A DNA stretch of 248,000 nt from positions 20,001-268,000 of the forward strand of contig NZ_JMCB01000005.1 in the NCBI RefSeq assembly GCF_000737315.1, given 5' to 3'. A program made the translations under genes and the position numbers. This document shows, piece by piece, positions 140,498 to 152,137 of the stretch. This DNA comes from Hyalangium minutum. GTDB lineage: Bacteria > Myxococcota > Myxococcia > Myxococcales > Myxococcaceae. The stretch's first letter is position 1. Each line of letters begins with the position of its first letter. Under the pieces are notes generated by a model that was not told the origin of the DNA, did not search any database, and saw nothing but the letters and a program-made list of their open reading frames with translations.

Positions 140498-142189
140498 ATG
140501 AGCCTCCCCCTCATCGCGGGCTTGTTCCTGGTGCTGTTGGCGCTGGGCTACCACTTCTACGGTGGCTTCATCGCAAGGCAGTACAACCTGGACGACGGAG
140601 CGGTGACGCCCGCGCACGCGAAGCAGGACGGGGTGGACTTCATCCCGACGAAGCCGTTCTACCTGCTGGGCCAGCACTTCAGCGCCATCGCGGCGGCGGG
140701 GCCCATCGCCGGGCCCATCCTGGCGGCGCAGCAGTTCGGCTGGCTGCCCGCGCTGATGTGGATCTCGTTTGGCGTGGTGTTCATCGGCGCGGTGCATGAC
140801 CTGTCCACGCTGATTGCTTCGGTGCGGCACGGGGGGGTGTCCATCGCCGAGGTGGTGCGCGAGCACCTGGGGCCCCGGGCGGGCGTGGCGATGCTGCTCT
140901 TCATCTGGGTGGCGCTCATCTACGTCATCGTGGCCTTCACGGACGCGACGGCGTCCACGTTCGTGAGCGGGGACGCGGACCTGGCGGGGCTCACGTTCCG
141001 GTTCAACCCGGGCGGGGCGGTGGCGGCCGCGTCCATCATGTACCTGGTGCTGGCGGTGGTGATGGGGGTGGTGGACCGGTTCCTCAAGCCGCCGCTGTGG
141101 CTGCAGACGGTCCTCTTCGTTCCGGCGACGCTGGGCGCGGTGTGGCTGGGCACGCAGGTGTCCACGGTGCTGGTGATGGACGCGAAGGCGTGGTCCGTCC
141201 TCATCCTGGCCTACTGCTTCGTGGCGTCGCTCACGCCGGTGTGGATTCTCCTGCAGCCGCGCGGGTACCTGGGGGGCTTCGTCCTCTACGCGGCGCTGGC
141301 CATTGGCGTCGTGGGCATCTTCTATGGAGGGCTCAAGGGCGAACTCTCCATCCAGCAGCCGGCGTTCAACGGGTTCCAGGTGGGCGGGGCGGGTGGGGCG
141401 CTGTTCCCGTTCCTCTTCGTGACGATTGCATGCGGGGCCTGCTCGGGCTTCCACGGGCTGGTGTGCTCGGGGACGACGTCGAAGCAGATTGATAAGGAGT
141501 CGCACGTGCACCCGGTGGGCTACGGGGCCATGCTGCTCGAGGGCTTCGTGGCGGTGATTGCGCTGGCCACGGTGATGATCGCCACCAAGGCGGACCTGAC
141601 GGGCAAGGCGCCTGGCGCGGTGTACGGCATGGGGCTGGGGCGGCTGCTGGTGACGATCATCGGCCCGGAGCACCTGCTGTTCGCCACCACCTTTGGAGCC
141701 ATGGCGTTCTCCACCTTCGTGTTCGACACGCTGGATGTGTCCACGCGGCTGGGGCGCTACATCCTCCAGGAGCTGACGGGGGCGAAGGGCCGGACAGCGG
141801 CCGGGTTGGCCACGGCCATCACCTGCGGGGTGCCGATGCTCTTCGTGCTGCTGGCGGGCACGGGGGCGTGGCGCTCCTTCTGGACGCTGTTCGGCACCTC
141901 GAACCAGCTGCTGGCCTCGCTGTCGCTGCTGGGCATCTGCGTGTGGCTGAAGAAGAGCGGCAAGCGCTACGCGTACGCGCTGCTGCCCATGCTCTTCGTG
142001 GGGGCCGTGACGCTGACCAGCCTCGTGTTGCAGATTCGGGATGCCTTCTTCGTGCCGGAGGCCACGGCGGCGGTGCGGCTGAATGGGGTGGTGGCGCTGG
142101 TGCTGTTGGCGCTCGCTCTCTCGCTCTTCGTGGCGGGCGGGCGGGTTCTGCTCAACCGGGATGGGGCCAGACCCGCTCCGGCGGTGTAG
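140498..142189 (+). CDS. CstA-family transporter (second paralogue)
   Basis: GQHFSAIAAAGPIAGP; FGTSNQL. Confidence 0.88.
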   Translation: MSLPLIAGLFLVLLALGYHFYGGFIARQYNLDDGAVTPAHAKQDGVDFIPTKPFYLLGQHFSAIAAAGPIAGPILAAQQFGWLPALMWISFGVVFIGAVHDLSTLIASVRHGGVSIAEVVREHLGPRAGVAMLLFIWVALIYVIVAFTDATASTFVSGDADLAGLTFRFNPGGAVAAASIMYLVLAVVMGVVDRFLKPPLWLQTVLFVPATLGAVWLGTQVSTVLVMDAKAWSVLILAYCFVASLTPVWILLQPRGYLGGFVLYAALAIGVVGIFYGGLKGELSIQQPAFNGFQVGGAGGALFPFLFVTIACGACSGFHGLVCSGTTSKQIDKESHVHPVGYGAMLLEGFVAVIALATVMIATKADLTGKAPGAVYGMGLGRLLVTIIGPEHLLFATTFGAMAFSTFVFDTLDVSTRLGRYILQELTGAKGRTAAGLATAITCGVPMLFVLLAGTGAWRSFWTLFGTSNQLLASLSLLGICVWLKKSGKRYAYALLPMLFVGAVTLTSLVLQIRDAFFVPEATAAVRLNGVVALVLLALALSLFVAGGRVLLNRDGARPAPAV

Positions 142190-142202
142190 CCTTCGGGGCT
142201 GA

Positions 142203-144410
142203 ATGTCCCGCTACGCCTTTACGCTCTTTCTCAGCGCCTTCCTGCTCTTTGGGGTTCAGCCGCTGGTAGGCAAGTTCGCGCTGCCGTGGTTCGGTGGAAC
142301 TCCGGCGGTGTGGACGGCCTGCATGCTCTTCTTTCAGGCGGCACTGCTGGCGGGCTATGCGTACTCGCATGCGGTGGCTACGCGGCTGCGGCCCCGTTCC
142401 CAGGTGAAGGTGCACCTGGGGCTGCTGGGCCTCACGGCGCTGGTGCTCCTGGGGCGAGCGCTGTGGGCGGGTTCTCCGGTGGCGCCTGGGGCGGAGTGGC
142501 GGCCCACGGGAGTGGAGGGGCTCACCGGGCGGCTGCTGGCCATGCTGGCGGTGTCGATCGGCCTGCCATTCTTCGTGCTGTCCACCACGGCGCCCCTGCT
142601 GCAGAGCTGGTTCTCGCGGACGCGGCCGGGCGTCTCGCCGTACCGGCTCTATGCGCTGTCCAACGTGGGCTCGTTCCTGGCGTTGTTGAGCTACCCCTTC
142701 CTCGTGGAGCCCTATGTGCCGCGCGATGTGCAGGGCTGGGGCTGGGCAGCGGGGTTCGCGGTGTTCCTCGCGGGGGCCATCGTCTGTGCCCGGGAGGTGT
142801 GGACGCGGGCCGAGGCGGCCAGTCCGGTGGGAGCCACTTCCGAGCTCGTGCCCTCGCCCGAGGAGACGGAGCGGCCGGGGCTGGGACGCCAGTTGGCGTG
142901 GCTGGCGCTGAGTGCGTGCGCATCCGTGCTGCTGCTGGCGACGACGAACCAGCTCTCGCAGGATGTGGCGGCCGGCCCGTTCCTCTGGGTGATGCCGCTG
143001 GCGCTCTACCTGCTCACCTTTATCCTCACCTTCGAGCGCGAGGCGCTGTACCCGCGCGCGGCCTGCATTGTCCTGCTCATCATCAGTGTGGGGGGGGTTA
143101 TCCGCTCCATCTTCGAAGGCCCTCACTTTCCGCTGGCACTTCAGCTGTTTGCGCACGGTGGCGCGCTGCTGGCGGGATGCATGGTGTGCCACGGGGAGCT
143201 GTACCGGCTGCGGCCAGCGCCCCGTCACTTGAGCGCCTTCTACCTTTGGGTGTCGGTGGGCGGCGTGGCGGGGGGCGTCATCGTCAGCCTGCTGGCGCCG
143301 CGCTTCTTCGACACCTATGCGGAGTACCCACTGGCGCTGGCGGCCAGCGCGCTGGTGGCACTGGTGGTGTTGCTCCCGCGTCCGCCGGAGCTGCGGCGGC
143401 TGGAGCGAGTGGGGCGGAACCTGGCGGTGCTGGTGCTGGCGGCGGTAGTGGGAGGGCTGGTGGTGGCGGTAGCGGACAGCCGGCGCGAGGTGCGGCTGAC
143501 GGCGCGCAACTTCTTCGGGGTGGTGCAGGTGCTGGAGAGCGGGATGGGGGATGCGCGCCTGCACCATTATTCGCTCAAGCACGGCGTCATTACCCATGGG
143601 GTGCAATTCGTCGCACCGGAGCGCCGGAGGCTGGCCACCGCGTACTTCACGCCGGACAGCGGCCTGGGGCTGGCCATCGCCGAGCTCCGCCGCGTGCGCC
143701 AGGCCGAGGGCAAGCCGCCCGGGCTGCGCATCGGGGTGCTGGGGCTGGGAGTGGGCACCAGTGCCGCGCTCACGGAAGCGGGGGACACGGTTCGTTTCTA
143801 CGAGATCAACCCGAAGGTCATCGCCTTGGCGTGGGGGGAGGGTGGCTACTTCAGCTATCTCAAGGACACGCCTGCGAAGGTGGAGGTGGTGGAGGGCGAC
143901 GCGCGCATCTCGCTGGAGCAGGAGCTGGCGCGGGGAGAGGCGCAGTCCTTCGATTTGCTGGCGCTGGACGTGTTCAGCTCGGACTCGATTCCGATGCACC
144001 TGCTCACCGAGGAGGCGGTGGCGCTGTACCGTCAGCACCTGCTCCCTCAGGGAGTGCTGGCGCTGCACATCAGTAACGTGCATCTGGACCTGGTGCCGAT
144101 CGCGCTGGCGCACGCTCGGAAGTTCGGGATGCACGCCACGCTCATCGTCAACGAGACGAAGAGGGATGATGCGCTGCGGAGCCTGTGGATGATCCTCAGC
144201 CCAAGCCCGGAGTTTTCCTGGGGTTCCACTTTCACTCAGTCGAGCGGCACGGTTCACCGGCTGGAGCTGGCGGAGCCGACGCGGATCACCTGGACGGACG
144301 AGCTCAGCAGCGTACTCCCAGTGCTACGGCGCCCGCACAAGCTGGTGGAGACGCGGCTGATCGACAGCCCTCCGTCTGCTGCCTCCATGGGCCAGCCCGC
144401 CTCTCCCTGA
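142203..144410 (+). CDS. membrane protein fused to spermidine-synthase-like domain
   Basis: LGLGVG; YEINP; DVFSSDSIP.HL. Confidence 0.8.
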   Translation: MSRYAFTLFLSAFLLFGVQPLVGKFALPWFGGTPAVWTACMLFFQAALLAGYAYSHAVATRLRPRSQVKVHLGLLGLTALVLLGRALWAGSPVAPGAEWRPTGVEGLTGRLLAMLAVSIGLPFFVLSTTAPLLQSWFSRTRPGVSPYRLYALSNVGSFLALLSYPFLVEPYVPRDVQGWGWAAGFAVFLAGAIVCAREVWTRAEAASPVGATSELVPSPEETERPGLGRQLAWLALSACASVLLLATTNQLSQDVAAGPFLWVMPLALYLLTFILTFEREALYPRAACIVLLIISVGGVIRSIFEGPHFPLALQLFAHGGALLAGCMVCHGELYRLRPAPRHLSAFYLWVSVGGVAGGVIVSLLAPRFFDTYAEYPLALAASALVALVVLLPRPPELRRLERVGRNLAVLVLAAVVGGLVVAVADSRREVRLTARNFFGVVQVLESGMGDARLHHYSLKHGVITHGVQFVAPERRRLATAYFTPDSGLGLAIAELRRVRQAEGKPPGLRIGVLGLGVGTSAALTEAGDTVRFYEINPKVIALAWGEGGYFSYLKDTPAKVEVVEGDARISLEQELARGEAQSFDLLALDVFSSDSIPMHLLTEEAVALYRQHLLPQGVLALHISNVHLDLVPIALAHARKFGMHATLIVNETKRDDALRSLWMILSPSPEFSWGSTFTQSSGTVHRLELAEPTRITWTDELSSVLPVLRRPHKLVETRLIDSPPSAASMGQPASP

Positions 144411-144491
144411 CACTTCAGTTTTCGACGGATGCGCCGGCCAGAGTGATCCAGGCAGGACTGAGCCCCGCCTCTGTGGGAAGCTGCCTGCACG

Positions 144492-146531
144492 ATGGTGGTC
144501 TCCCCCAAGCTTCGCGCGCGGCTCCGGGATGTGGTGCAGCAACTGCTGGTGGCGGTGCAACAGCTCCGGCTGCCAGGGCCCTCGGTGCTCCCCGTGGCCG
144601 GCGCGGTCGTCGGTGTCTACAGCGGCCTCGCCGCCGGCCTCTTCGCCAACCTCATCGGTCTCGTGCGCGGGGGGAGCTACGGCGTCCCGCTGCTCGTGGA
144701 TGCGTTCCGCACGGGCTCGGAGACCCAAGCCCGCCTCGCCGAGTCCCTCACCAACGCTCGCTGGCACTTCGAGTTCATCATCGTCGGCATCCCGCTGTCC
144801 CTCGGGGCCCTTGGCCTCGCGCGCCTCATCAAGCCCGGTGAAGGACGTGAGGAGGTGAAGCGTCGCCTCGAAGTCCTCGCCCTGCTCGTCATGGGCGCCC
144901 TGTCGCTCTATTACCCCCTCGTGGCCCTGTCCGCCGTGAACGAGGTGCTCGGCCACATTCACCGGGACGTGGAGCACATCTCTCCCTTCCTCGTGGTGCT
145001 CGTGCCCATGCTCGGCGGCATGGTGGTGGGCCGCCTGCTCCAGGCCCGGCCCGAGACCCACGGCCACGGCGTCCCCGAAGTCGTCAAAGCCGTGGAGAGC
145101 GAAGGCCGGCTCCCCGCGCGCAATGGCCTGCTCAAGCTCATCGCCTCGGCCGTCACCATCGGCACGGGCGGCTCGGCGGGGCGCGAAGGCCCCATCGTCT
145201 ACGGCGGCGCCGCGTTCGGCTCCGAAGTGGGCCGCACCCTCGGCTTCACCCGCCGCGAGCTCGCCATCCTCATGGCCAGTGGCGCGGGCGCGGGCATCGC
145301 CGCCTCCTTCAATGCCCCCGTGGCCGGCGCCATCTTCGCCATGGAGATCCTCCTGCGCGAGTTCCAGCTCCGCGTCTTCTCTCCCATCATCCTCGCCAGC
145401 GTCACCGCCACCATGGTGAGCCGCGGCATCATGGGCAGTGCGCCCATGCTCGAGCGCGTCGCGTACATGATGGTCAGTGGCTGGGAGGTCGTCTTCTACG
145501 CCCTGCTCGGGCTGGTGTGCGGAGGCCTCGCCTACGCCTTCATCCAGTGCCTGCACGGCGTGGAGGAGTTCTTCCAGGGCAAGCGCCCCGGCAAGGTGTC
145601 CGCCTGGCTCGGCCTGCAGCCCCTCCCGGTGCGAGCGGGAATCGGCGGCGCGCTGGTGGGGCTCATCGCGCTGGCCCACCCCGTGGTGTGGGGCACCGGC
145701 CACGAGTACGCCAACGACGCGCTCGTGCGTGGGCTGTCGCTGTCGCTGCTGGCCTCCGGGTGCGTGCTCAAGCTGGTGGGCACCTCGCTGACGCTGGGCT
145801 CGGGAGGCTCCGGCGGCACGTTCTTCCCCGTCACGGTCATTGGCGCCATGGCAGGGGGCGCCTTCGGAGAAATCCTCCACGCGGTGCTGCCGAACGCCAC
145901 CGCTCCCAGTGGCGCCTACGCCATGGTGGGCATGGGCGGCGCCGTGGCGGCCATGACGCGCGGGCCGCTCACCGGGATGATGATGGTGTACGAGCTGAGC
146001 GGTAACTACGCCATCATCCTGCCGCTCATGGTGACGTGCACGCTGGCCTCGGCGCTCTGCCACGTCCTCGTGGAGCGCAAGGCCGCGCGCGCCGGAGAGG
146101 AGCGGCTCGCCCTGCGGCGCACGCCGGTGCGAGAGCTCGCCATCTGGGAAGAGGCCGTGTCGTCGGAGCTCTCCGTGGAGGACCTGCGCGAGCGGTTGAT
146201 CTCGTCGAAGGCCGCGGCGCTTCCGGTTCGAGGCACGGACGGACGATTGCGAGGCGTCGTCGTCGCCGGTGCCCTGGGCGAGCGCTGGCGGCAGGCCGGA
146301 GAGGCCGCCACGGTGGAGTCCCTGCTGGACGGTGCCCCCGTGCTCCCTCAGGAGGCCCCCGTGTCCGAGGCCCTGGCCACCATGGATGCGCAGGGCGTGG
146401 AGGTGCTCGCGGTGGACGGCGGAGAGCAGGTGGGGGTCGTCACGCGCCTCGGGCTGGAGCGCTTCCTCCAGGCAGGCCACGGCAAAGCGCCCCCGCACGA
146501 GCTGCCGTTCGGCGTCACCGAGATGCGCTGA
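144492..146531 (+). CDS. ClC chloride channel with CBS
   Basis: GHGVPE, GREGP, GTFFP. Confidence 0.9.
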   Translation: MVVSPKLRARLRDVVQQLLVAVQQLRLPGPSVLPVAGAVVGVYSGLAAGLFANLIGLVRGGSYGVPLLVDAFRTGSETQARLAESLTNARWHFEFIIVGIPLSLGALGLARLIKPGEGREEVKRRLEVLALLVMGALSLYYPLVALSAVNEVLGHIHRDVEHISPFLVVLVPMLGGMVVGRLLQARPETHGHGVPEVVKAVESEGRLPARNGLLKLIASAVTIGTGGSAGREGPIVYGGAAFGSEVGRTLGFTRRELAILMASGAGAGIAASFNAPVAGAIFAMEILLREFQLRVFSPIILASVTATMVSRGIMGSAPMLERVAYMMVSGWEVVFYALLGLVCGGLAYAFIQCLHGVEEFFQGKRPGKVSAWLGLQPLPVRAGIGGALVGLIALAHPVVWGTGHEYANDALVRGLSLSLLASGCVLKLVGTSLTLGSGGSGGTFFPVTVIGAMAGGAFGEILHAVLPNATAPSGAYAMVGMGGAVAAMTRGPLTGMMMVYELSGNYAIILPLMVTCTLASALCHVLVERKAARAGEERLALRRTPVRELAIWEEAVSSELSVEDLRERLISSKAAALPVRGTDGRLRGVVVAGALGERWRQAGEAATVESLLDGAPVLPQEAPVSEALATMDAQGVEVLAVDGGEQVGVVTRLGLERFLQAGHGKAPPHELPFGVTEMR

Positions 146532-146537
146532 GCGGAG

Positions 146538-147306
146538 TCAGGCACCTGGCGTCATCGGCACGAACTCGCCGGCGGGGCTCACATCGAGCACCACCAGCAG
146601 CGCGAGGACACCGCAGGGCACGGCCATGGCGGCCGGGCCGAAGCGGAAGAACAGCAGCGGCCCCGCGGTGCACCCGAAGAGAAAGGCCGTTGCGAGCCCC
146701 AGGTGCAGCCGGGTGCGAGCGAACTGCTCGGCGGTGGGCAGCCGGCGGAGCATCCACACCAGCCCTCCGAGCCCATGGCCGCGCGCCCCATCCCGCACCC
146801 ACGTCATCATCTTCACCAACTGGATGCCGATGTCGGTGATGACGCCCGTCATGTGCGTGGTGCGCACCACCGCGCCGGACACGCGGGTGACGAGCGCGTT
146901 CTGAAGGCCCATGGCGTAGGCCATGCCCCAGAACACGGTGGGCTCTCGGGAGTCCGGGTGCCTCGAGGACCAGAAGCCCACGGAGGCCAGCGTGAGCGCC
147001 TCCACCAGGAGCGCCGTAGCATGCCGCCCTCGCCGCCGGTGACGCGCCAAGTCAATGAGCACCGTGGCGCTCATGGCCCCCAGCAGGAAGGCCAGCACGA
147101 GCTGGCCCGCGCCGATCGCCGTGCTCCACCGCCCGGTAGCGAGGTACTCGCCCACATTGGCCAGGTTGCCCGTCATGTGGGACGTGTGCGTGCCCACGGC
147201 GAAGAAGCTGATCGCATTCACCGAGCCCGCCACCCCCGCAAGTAGCAGAGCCAGCAGGGAGTAGGCGCGACGGCTCGCGGGCGAAGTTTCAGCGGAGAAG
147301 GGCATG
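146538..147306 (-). CDS. YoaK/DUF1275 membrane protein
   Basis: SHMTGN; MGLQNA; TTHMTG. Confidence 0.85.
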
Positions 147307-147507
147307 GGAGGCAGTGTCTGGAAGCAGGCAGATGCTAACACCGCGATCTTCGGGGGTTCAGGGAGGTGTCCTCTCGGGTACCTGGCGGGTGGGCAGATAG
147401 GCGAGGTGTGGCTTCGCCGCCTTCTGGCAGGGAACCAGGGGCTTGGGGCTCCTTGTTGCTGGTCAAAATACTGAGCCTGGAGTGGAGTAGGCAGGCAGGA
147501 GGCAGGT

Positions 147508-148358
147508 GGATGCGGAGGTTGGCGCAAGCATGGGTGTGGCTGGTGGTGGCGGCCGCCATGGGGCTTGCGCTGTATGGGCGTGCGTCTTCGCGTGCCGTGC
147601 CCCAGGTGGCGGTGAATGAGTCGCCCAGAGCCGAGTCCGCGAGCGACACACCAGGCGAGCTGACGTGGGGCTCGCCTGAAGAGCTGCGAACGCTGCCCGT
147701 GACCGAGGCCGCCAGCGAGGGGGACGGGCTGCTGGAGCTGCGTGTGATGGCGGGAGGCCGCCCGGTTCCTCGAGCCCAGGTGCGGCTGTACCGGCGCGAG
147801 GGCCTCAGCCGGGAGACAGGCAAGATGGACTGGCGGATCGCGGCCTCGGGCGCCACGGGGAATGACGGGAAGCTGTTGATGCCGGCGCGCGCGGGCTCCT
147901 ATCTCCTGGTGGCGCGGGCGAACGGCTTCGCGCCGGCCCGGCTCAACCTGATGCACCCGCTGGGAGGACCCCGGACGCCGGCGATCCTCCGCATGGAGGA
148001 GGCCAGCACCTTCTGGGGCACAACGGTGCTGCAGGGCTCGGGGAGGGCGCTGCCGGGCGCGGAGCTGACGTTCACGCCGGACGTGCGCCCCTGGGAGCAG
148101 GGCATGCACGCGGCCGCACCGGCCGAGGAGCGGGTGACGGTGACGAGCGACGCCTCAGGCCGCTTCCGCGTGGAGGGACTCGCGCCCGGGCTCTACCTGG
148201 TGGAGGGCCTGGCACCAGGGAGCACCACGCCGGTGGAGTGGACCCTCTGGCTGCCCTCGTCGGAGCCGCGGGTGCTGGCGCTGACCACGCCGGGCACGGC
148301 GGTGCGCAAGAGAATCGTCAAGCGGGCTCCCTCGTCGGAGCTCCGCTGCGGCGACTGA
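147508..148358 (+). CDS. carboxypeptidase-regulatory-like repeat protein
   Basis: TGNDG, SDASGRF..GL.PG; start approximate. Confidence 0.6.
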
Positions 148359-148371
148359 AGCGGGTGGCTGC

Positions 148372-148716
148372 TTACCCCGGCGGCCACCCCATGGGCCGGC
148401 CCGCGATCAGGTGCAGGTGGATGTGGAACACCGTCTGGCCGGCGTCGTCGTTGCAGTTCATGACGAGCCGGTAGCCCTTCTCCGAGTGGCCGCGCGCCTT
148501 CGCCACCTGAGCCGCCGCCGTGTACAGGTGCCCCACCGCCTCACGGTCCTCCTGGGCGATGTCGTTCACCGTGGGGATGTGCTTGAGCGGAATGAAGACC
148601 ACGTGCGTAGGCGCCTGGGGATTGATGTCCTCGAACGCCATGCACACGTCGTCCCGGTGGACGACCCGGGCGGGGATCAGACCATCGCGAATCTTGCAGA
148701 AGAGGCAGTTGGACAT
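148372..148716 (-). CDS. histidine triad nucleotide-binding protein (Hint)
   Basis: CLFC; QAPTH; HIHLHL. Confidence 0.92.
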   Translation of the reverse strand: MSNCLFCKIRDGLIPARVVHRDDVCMAFEDINPQAPTHVVFIPLKHIPTVNDIAQEDREAVGHLYTAAAQVAKARGHSEKGYRLVMNCNDDAGQTVFHIHLHLIAGRPMGWPPG

Positions 148717-148776
148717 GGCCTCGGCTTAGCAATCCCGGGCCCGGCTGGGAACGGTCTCGCGGGCCGAAGCGTTGGC

Positions 148777-150258
148777 CTACGGCAGCCGCCAGCTGTAGCC
148801 CGGGTCCGGCACACAGCCTGGGTTCGGCAGGCGCATCAGCCGGTAGTCCTGGTCCTGGGCCACCACCTCGCCCCCCACGCTCCACTGCGGCAGGGTGATG
148901 ACGTAGTTGAACAGGCCCGAGCCCCGGTCCGGGCCTATCTGCCAGTACAGCGGCACGAGGCGGTGGAAGTAGCTGTAGCCGCCCGTCCAAGCCATGTGCA
149001 CGGGGCTCTCCATCTTGAGCCCGCAGACGTCCTCGCGCTGGCCCGCCACGATCAGCAGCCGGTTGATGGGCCCCGAGTCGTCATACGCGCTGACCTGCGG
149101 GCGCTCGTTCACGTACTGGCCAATCTCCCCAAAGGTGAGTCGCCGCGAGAGCCCTGCCGAGACTGCCGCCACCGCCACCACCCCCAATGCTCCACCCACG
149201 CGCAGGGGCATCCTCCGGAGCCGTGACAGAACGACCTCCAGCCCCACGGCTGCGAGCGCGGCGAGCAGGGGCAGCAGCGGCACGAGGAAGCGCAGCTCCT
149301 TGTGTGGCTGGGAGGCGTGCAGCAGGAAGAAAGCGAGGATGAGCGCCGCGAGCCCTCGGGCGCGCCACAGCGCGAGCAGGCCGAGCACCCCCACCAGCGC
149401 GGAGATGCCGGGCATCGAGTTGCGCAGCGTCCGGGTGTAGTAGCTGAAGGGCGCCACGCCCCAGTGCTTGCCGCCCTCGTTGATGAGGTTGAACTCCAGG
149501 TACACGCGGGCCGAGTGGAACCAACTGCCCCACGTGAGCTTGTCCAGCAGCCCGAAGAGCCCCGCCCACACAGCGAGCACCCCGAGCGCGAGCCCCGCCG
149601 CCCGCCACTGCCTCCGAGCCGCGAGCAGGGCCACGAGCCCCGCGCAGAACACGGCGCTCTGCAGCCGCAGCAGCACGGCCAGCCCCAGCAGTGAGGCTCC
149701 CACCACCAGCGCCCGCCGCGATGCTCCCGGCGCCAGCGCCAACGCCAGCCCCAGCACCACCGGCAGGGCCGCGGCATTCTCGCTCATGGCCCGAGGCGCG
149801 AAGTACACGGGCACCGAGGCCCATGCCATCAACGAGGCCCCCGCGGTGGCGGCGAGCGGCCCGACCCCCTGAGAGCGGGCGAGCCGGTAGCTCCCCCAGG
149901 CGGTGGCGGTGCCCATCAGCGCGAAGGCCCCCTTCACCACGCCCAGGTAGCCGCTGGGCGAGTCCAGCCCCAGCCCCCTCGCCAGCCACATGAGCCCGGC
150001 CACCAGCCCAGGGAGCGCCCAGGTGCGCGCCCCCTCGATGAACTCCCAGGGCAGCATCCCGTAGCCGAAGACGAGCCGGTGAGCGGGCTCCAGGCTCTGG
150101 TAAATCTCATCCGGCCAGTACAGCCCGTCGTCCGTCAGGGCCAGCCACACCCGGAGTGTCGCACCCACAGCGAGCACCAAACCCAGGAGAACTCCCGCCA
150201 GACGGCGCTCGGAGGCAGGGGGCTCAGGGGTGGGCAGGGTGGGAGACACGTCGACCAA
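148777..150258 (-). CDS. GT-C glycosyltransferase, PIG-B/GT22-like
   Basis: PDEIYQSLEPAH; WE; HKELRF. Confidence 0.8.
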   Translation of the reverse strand: MVDVSPTLPTPEPPASERRLAGVLLGLVLAVGATLRVWLALTDDGLYWPDEIYQSLEPAHRLVFGYGMLPWEFIEGARTWALPGLVAGLMWLARGLGLDSPSGYLGVVKGAFALMGTATAWGSYRLARSQGVGPLAATAGASLMAWASVPVYFAPRAMSENAAALPVVLGLALALAPGASRRALVVGASLLGLAVLLRLQSAVFCAGLVALLAARRQWRAAGLALGVLAVWAGLFGLLDKLTWGSWFHSARVYLEFNLINEGGKHWGVAPFSYYTRTLRNSMPGISALVGVLGLLALWRARGLAALILAFFLLHASQPHKELRFLVPLLPLLAALAAVGLEVVLSRLRRMPLRVGGALGVVAVAAVSAGLSRRLTFGEIGQYVNERPQVSAYDDSGPINRLLIVAGQREDVCGLKMESPVHMAWTGGYSYFHRLVPLYWQIGPDRGSGLFNYVITLPQWSVGGEVVAQDQDYRLMRLPNPGCVPDPGYSWRLP

Positions 150259-150299
150259 TCATCGCAAACCGGCCGCCGAGTGATATCCACTTCCTGACG

Positions 150300-151274
150300 A
150301 TGAGCACAACTCGCTCCATTCGCATCTCTGCCCTCCTCGAGGACCGGGACTACGACCTCCAGCTCACCCTGGTCGCTGGTGAGAAGGGGCTGACCCGGAC
150401 CCTCAACTCCCCGCGCATCCAGAAGCCCGGGCTGGCGCTGACCGGCTTCACCGAGCACTTGCACCCGCACCGGGTCCAGGTGTTCGGCAACACGGAGATC
150501 TCCTACCTGCGCACGCTCTCCGAGGAGAAGCAGCGCGAGGTGCTCACCCGCCTCTTCAAGGAGGACCTGGCCTGCGTGGTGGTCACCAAGAGCCTGGAAC
150601 TGCCACCGGTGCTCATCGAGACCTGCGAGGAGTCCAGCCTGGCGCTGATGAAGACGCCGCTGCTCTCCAGCACCTTCATCCAGCAGGTGCAGGCCTTCCT
150701 GGAGGAGGCGCTCACGGAGACCAGCAGCATCCACGGGGTGCTGATGGACGTGTTCGGCGTGGGCATCCTGCTGCTGGGCAAGAGCGGCATCGGTAAGAGC
150801 GAGATCGCCCTGGACCTGGTGATGCGCGGGCAGCGGCTGGTGGCCGACGACATCGTCGACGTGGCGCGCCGCAAGCCGGGCGCCGTCTACGGGGCGGGCA
150901 ACCCGGTCATCAAGCACCACATGGAAATCCGGGGCTTGGGCATCATCAACATCAAGGACTTGTTCGGCGTGTCGGCCGTGCGCGAGCAGAAGAAGATCGA
151001 GCTCGTGATGGAGCTGCAGGAGTGGGACCCCGACCAGGAATACGACCGGCTGGGGGTGGAAGATCGCTTCCTGGACATCATCGGGGTGCAAGTCCCCCTG
151101 TCGGTGGTGCCGGTTCGTCCAGGCCGTAACATGGCGACCATTGTCGAAGTGGCCGCGCGCAACCACTTGCTCAAACTTCAGGGCCACCATTCGGCGCGCG
151201 AGTTCGCGGAGAAGCTCAACCGTGCTATTGCCGAGGGAGCGATGCGTCGTACGTTGGGAGAAGAGGTCGAGTGA
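150300..151274 (+). CDS. hprK: HPr kinase/phosphorylase
   Basis: GKSGIGKSE; ADD; EIRGLGII. Confidence 0.95.
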   Translation: MSTTRSIRISALLEDRDYDLQLTLVAGEKGLTRTLNSPRIQKPGLALTGFTEHLHPHRVQVFGNTEISYLRTLSEEKQREVLTRLFKEDLACVVVTKSLELPPVLIETCEESSLALMKTPLLSSTFIQQVQAFLEEALTETSSIHGVLMDVFGVGILLLGKSGIGKSEIALDLVMRGQRLVADDIVDVARRKPGAVYGAGNPVIKHHMEIRGLGIINIKDLFGVSAVREQKKIELVMELQEWDPDQEYDRLGVEDRFLDIIGVQVPLSVVPVRPGRNMATIVEVAARNHLLKLQGHHSAREFAEKLNRAIAEGAMRRTLGEEVE

Positions 151275-152134
151275 GCGCGCCCGCCAAGCACATCGTCATC
151301 ATCACCGGCATGTCCGGCTCCGGTAAGTCCACGGCCATCCGTGCGCTGGAGGATGCTGGCTTCTTTTGCATCGACAACCTGCCCGTGTTGTTGCTGCCCA
151401 AACTGACGGAGCTGGCCGGCAGTGGGCAGATCGAGCGCATGGCGCTCGTCGTGGACGTGCGCGAGGGCATCTTCCTCAAGGAGGCCCCCCGCGTGCTGGA
151501 CGAGGTCCGCCGCGCCGGGCACCAGGTGGAAGTCTTGTTCCTGGACTCCAGCGACGACAGCCTCATCCGCCGCTTCAGCGAGACGCGCCGCCGCCACCCA
151601 CTGGCCCCCACGGGCACGGTGGCCGACGGCATCAAGGCCGAGCGCGAGGAGCTGCGCGACTTGCGCGAGCTGGCCGACCAGGTCATCGACTCGTCCGCGC
151701 TGAACGTGCACGACTTGAAGCGGATGGTGCAGGCGCGCTTCAGCCCGGAGCCGGCGGCGGGGCCCTCGCTGTCGGTGATGTCGTTCGGCTACCGGCACGG
151801 GGTGCCGCCGCAAGCGGACCTGGTGCTGGACGTGCGCTTCCTGCCCAACCCGTACTTCGTGCCCGAGCTGAAGGGGCTCACGGGGAAGAACCCCAAGGTG
151901 TCCGCGTACGTGCTGGACCGCGAGGAGACGCAGCAGTTCCTCTCCAAGGTGGTGGACCTGTGCCGCTTCCTGTTCCCTCGCTACCAGAAGGAGGGCAAGG
152001 CGTACCTCACGGTGGCGCTGGGCTGCACCGGCGGCAAGCACCGCTCGGTGGCCATCGCGGCCGAGCTGACGCGGCAGCTCCAGCCGGAGATTCCACGCAT
152101 CCAGCTCTGGGACCGCGACATCGAGAAGGAGTAG
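151271..152134 (+). CDS. rapZ: RNase adapter RapZ
   Basis: GMSGSGKS; DNLP; GCTGGKHRS. Confidence 0.93.
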   Translation: MSAPAKHIVIITGMSGSGKSTAIRALEDAGFFCIDNLPVLLLPKLTELAGSGQIERMALVVDVREGIFLKEAPRVLDEVRRAGHQVEVLFLDSSDDSLIRRFSETRRRHPLAPTGTVADGIKAEREELRDLRELADQVIDSSALNVHDLKRMVQARFSPEPAAGPSLSVMSFGYRHGVPPQADLVLDVRFLPNPYFVPELKGLTGKNPKVSAYVLDREETQQFLSKVVDLCRFLFPRYQKEGKAYLTVALGCTGGKHRSVAIAAELTRQLQPEIPRIQLWDRDIEKE

Positions 152135-152137
152135 CGC